Virus record (IMG/VR): IMGVR_UViG_3300032284_002843
Location: 72,280-136,279 of that record
Length of the DNA stretch: 64,000 bases
Reading direction: 5' to 3' (one strand)
Origin: a virus
Position 1 is the stretch's first letter. The number at the start of each line of letters is the position of its first letter. Under the pieces are notes generated by a model. That model was not told the DNA's origin. It did no database searches and saw only the letters and a list, made by a program, of their open reading frames with translations. Positions 61,248 through 64,000 of this stretch are shown here, in pieces. Both the position numbers and the translations under genes were made by a program.

Positions 61248-64000
61248 ATGGCTGACGATGACATAAAAAATGTAAAGATAGTTGGTGTAGATCCTAGTAA
61301 AACGCCAAAATGGGCGTTGGAAGATACTTTGGTTCAAGTGCTATCTGCAAACCGAGCCAACATCAAACTTTTGTCAAAAATGGTTGATACTAGCAAAGTT
61401 AGCGAAGCCGATCTAAAGAAAATATTAAAAGAAATAGGAGAAAGTACAGAAATTGCCAAGGATAACGGCGAAGCAGCTGAAAAGCAAACCAGCGCCAATC
61501 AAGGAATTTGGCGAAGTGGTTTCAACAAGGTTGTTAGTGCATTCCAGGAAGGTGGTCAAGCTGACAAAATACAAGCAGCACTTGAATCATTTACTAAAAC
61601 TTTATCTATAGGTAGTACAGCATTTAAGACTGACATTAATGATACATTTGCAAGATTAGGCGATGGCATACAACGTACATCAAAAGAGTTTGAGCGTACT
61701 AATCCAATTCTCAGCAAAACAGGCATGATAGTTGGATTAACTGTAGAAGCTTTTACTCAGCTTGTTAAACTGTTGCATCAGCAATATGAAACACAAATAC
61801 AATTATATAATAGTGGTATTTTAGTTGAGAATGGATTTGCAGGCCTAGCAGAAGCAGCTAAAGGTGCCGGACTAAGTGCTGAAGAATTTACAGAAATCGT
61901 TACAAAACACAGTGCTGTAGTTGTTGGCATGGGTATAAAAAATACCACAGCACTTATGAAAAATCTCAAGGAGACTACAAAAGATTTTAGCGAATTTGCC
62001 ATGTCAAATAAACAGGCAAATGAAGCAGTAATGGATACATTGGATACCATGCAACATTTTGGGCTTTTAACGTCCATGGACGAAGAGCGTAGAAATCAAT
62101 TTGTTAAAGAATACATTGTTCAATTAAATGATCTCAGTGAACAAACTGGTAAACAACGCGATGAAATACGCAAGCAGGTGGCCGAATATAGCAAAACCAG
62201 CACTGCATTTTTAACTATGCAAATGCTGCCAAAGGAAGTTCGTAAAAATTTCCAAAGCATCACTGCCGAAGCTGTAGCTAGTTTTGGACCGCAAGGTAAT
62301 AAACTAATGGACGAAATTGGCAAGTATATGGCCGGTGGTGTTGGTATGATGAATAAAGAATATCAACTTCTATTCACACAACTTGGCAAAGGTAGTGGAA
62401 AAATTCTTCAAGATATGGCCGAAGCTACTCGCCGCGGCGATGTTGAAGGATTCAAAAAAGCCAAAGAAGATTTAATTAAAAACTTTGGAGAAATGACTCC
62501 AGAACAATCAACACAATTGATGTTAATGGCAAGAAGCAATCCTGCATTGGCACAACTGGTTACTGATTTGACTCAGGCATCTATGGCTCAGAGAGATAGA
62601 GAAGCATCTCTAGACAAAGCAGCAAAAGAAGAACAAATGCGTCGCCAACTATCTGGAAAAGGTGAAACTGACTTAGCTAAGATTAGAAAAGAAATAGCTG
62701 AAAAAGAACAAAAGAGCAGAGATGCACTTAAAGCACAAACAGAAGCATTTAATCAAAGCCGTGATGCTACTTTAGCTCTGCAAACTGAATTTAATAAACT
62801 GATAGCGGAGATTAGCCCAATATTAATTCCTGCATTAAAAGCTTTATCAGCAGTGACTAACTATATAGTTGATCTTTTTAGAGGGTTGAAACAAGGTATT
62901 CAGCGTGTTTATGAAATGTTTGGCATGAGTACAGAGAATGCCGGCACAGCATCTGCGCTTACTCTAGTAACCGGTATATTAGCAGGCGGAACAATCATTA
63001 AAGTGGTTCTAGCAATTGTCAAAGCATTGGCTGGTTCAGCCTTTATGGGATTATTAGGGCTTATAAGAAAGGTAACCAACTTTGGTAAATCGCCATTAGA
63101 CAGAGCACCAGCAGAGCCACCGGGTTTAGGTGGACGAAAAGGTTCTGGATTTTTCCGAAGCATGTCTCAGACAATTAAAGATGGCGGTGGAGCAATTAAA
63201 GATGCTGTAAAATCATTTGGAGGTATTTTAAATGCTGCCGCTGGAAGTTTTATGGAATTATTGAATACTATAGCCGGCGGTGTTAAAAATCTTTTTGTTA
63301 AAATTGGTGAATCCCTGGGCGCACTTGGTAAAGGAATAGGCAAAGGTGTAGGGGCAACGTTAGAAGGAGTGTTAACCGGTATTGCTGCTGGCTTGAAAGC
63401 TCTGAGCAATCCAAAATTGTTTATAGGTGCTGCGGTCCTAGGAGTATTATCCGCAGAAGTTTGGATACTTAGTAAGGCTCTTCAAGGCTTTATGACAATA
63501 GATTGGGAAGCTATAGCCAAAGCTGGAGTAGCAATTGGGGCCTTGGGTGTAGTGGCTGCTGCTGCCGGTGCCGGTCCTGTTCCTGGATTTATCATTGCTG
63601 GCGGCCTTGCATTAGGTGTAGCTATAGGTGTTATTGGATTGGCTGTGGCAGGAGCCTCATGGATTATGGGCAAAGCCTTACCTACATTAGCCGAAGGATT
63701 AGAAAAATTTGCTAATATTGATGGCAAAAATTTAATAGATGTTGGTTTAGGAATGGTTGGCATCGGTGCCGGTCTGGCAGCTATGACCGCAGGTGCCCTA
63801 GTTAACAAATATGGTTCATTAGTTGATGGGTTATTTGGACTTTTCTCAGCCGATCCTATGGAGAGACTGAAAAAATTTGCGGAAATAGACTTAAAGAAAC
63901 CAGCCGATTCAATACAAGCATTGAAATTAGCCTTGGAAGGTTTTACATCGGATTCGTTTAAAGGACTTAAAGAATTTTTAGAAACATTTAGTTCACGTGA
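61248..64000 (+). CDS. tape measure protein (5' part; runs off the window and is not in the ORF track)
   Basis: MADDDIKNVKIVGVDP... frame appears open to the window end; long helical region then an Ala/Gly-rich hydrophobic region; TAAATA boxes upstream; adjacent to the chaperone genes. Confidence 0.8.
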   Translation, partial: MADDDIKNVKIVGVDPSKTPKWALEDTLVQVLSANRANIKLLSKMVDTSKVSEADLKKILKEIGESTEIAKDNGEAAEKQTSANQGIWRSGFNKVVSAFQEGGQADKIQAALESFTKTLSIGSTAFKTDINDTFARLGDGIQRTSKEFERTNPILSKTGMIVGLTVEAFTQLVKLLHQQYETQIQLYNSGILVENGFAGLAEAAKGAGLSAEEFTEIVTKHSAVVVGMGIKNTTALMKNLKETTKDFSEFAMSNKQANEAVMDTLDTMQHFGLLTSMDEERRNQFVKEYIVQLNDLSEQTGKQRDEIRKQVAEYSKTSTAFLTMQMLPKEVRKNFQSITAEAVASFGPQGNKLMDEIGKYMAGGVGMMNKEYQLLFTQLGKGSGKILQDMAEATRRGDVEGFKKAKEDLIKNFGEMTPEQSTQLMLMARSNPALAQLVTDLTQASMAQRDREASLDKAAKEEQMRRQLSGKGETDLAKIRKEIAEKEQKSRDALKAQTEAFNQSRDATLALQTEFNKLIAEISPILIPALKALSAVTNYIVDLFRGLKQGIQRVYEMFGMSTENAGTASALTLVTGILAGGTIIKVVLAIVKALAGSAFMGLLGLIRKVTNFGKSPLDRAPAEPPGLGGRKGSGFFRSMSQTIKDGGGAIKDAVKSFGGILNAAAGSFMELLNTIAGGVKNLFVKIGESLGALGKGIGKGVGATLEGVLTGIAAGLKALSNPKLFIGAAVLGVLSAEVWILSKALQGFMTIDWEAIAKAGVAIGALGVVAAAAGAGPVPGFIIAGGLALGVAIGVIGLAVAGASWIMGKALPTLAEGLEKFANIDGKNLIDVGLGMVGIGAGLAAMTAGALVNKYGSLVDGLFGLFSADPMERLKKFAEIDLKKPADSIQALKLALEGFTSDSFKGLKEFLETFSSR

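Noticed and set aside
61778-63808. Several minus-strand ORFs and one short plus-strand ORF in the track
   Set aside because: They are shadows of the long tape measure frame starting at 61248.
1-64000. Stop-codon reassignment as seen in some large phages
   Set aside because: Genes are full length in code 11, and TAA, TGA and TAG all end convincing genes (TAG at 1495 and 16703).
1-64000. tRNA, tmRNA, RNase P genes, reverse transcriptase, introns or inteins
   Set aside because: None recognised by eye. ThyX, gp46 and gp47 have normal lengths, and YADL in 28019-29170 is a fibre chaperone motif, not an RT YxDD. A covariance search could still find something I missed.

Overview
This 64 kb window is from an AT-rich, T4-like (myovirus) large or jumbo phage genome that uses the standard genetic code. 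Positions 1-20 kb are a plus-strand early/accessory region: MoxR-like AAA ATPase with a VWA/metallopeptidase partner, MazG, Nudix, methyltransferase, two radical SAM enzymes, HNH, and a dispersed RNA-repair set (nucleotidyltransferase, 3'-phosphatase, RNA ligase 1, kinase). Positions 20-53.5 kb are mostly minus strand: APS kinase, cytidylyltransferase, GIY-YIG endonuclease, ThyX, four glycosyltransferase-like genes, tail fibres and baseplate genes (3759-aa wedge, gp6, gp25, multi-enzyme gp5, hub, gp53, gp48/54). Positions 53.5-58 kb hold a gp55-like late sigma factor, gp47/gp46 and a resolvase. The window ends with a tail chaperone carrying a probable -1 frameshift and the start of the tape measure gene. 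The most unusual locus is 58.0-59.7 kb. It combines a protein resembling the REC/WED lobe of TnpB/Cas12f with no RuvC domain, a phased GGC(T/A)CA repeat tract, and a ~450 nt densely paired non-coding element with GNRA loops and pseudoknots. It is a candidate RNA-protein system or RNA-primed origin. All family calls come from motif recognition by eye; no database searches were run.
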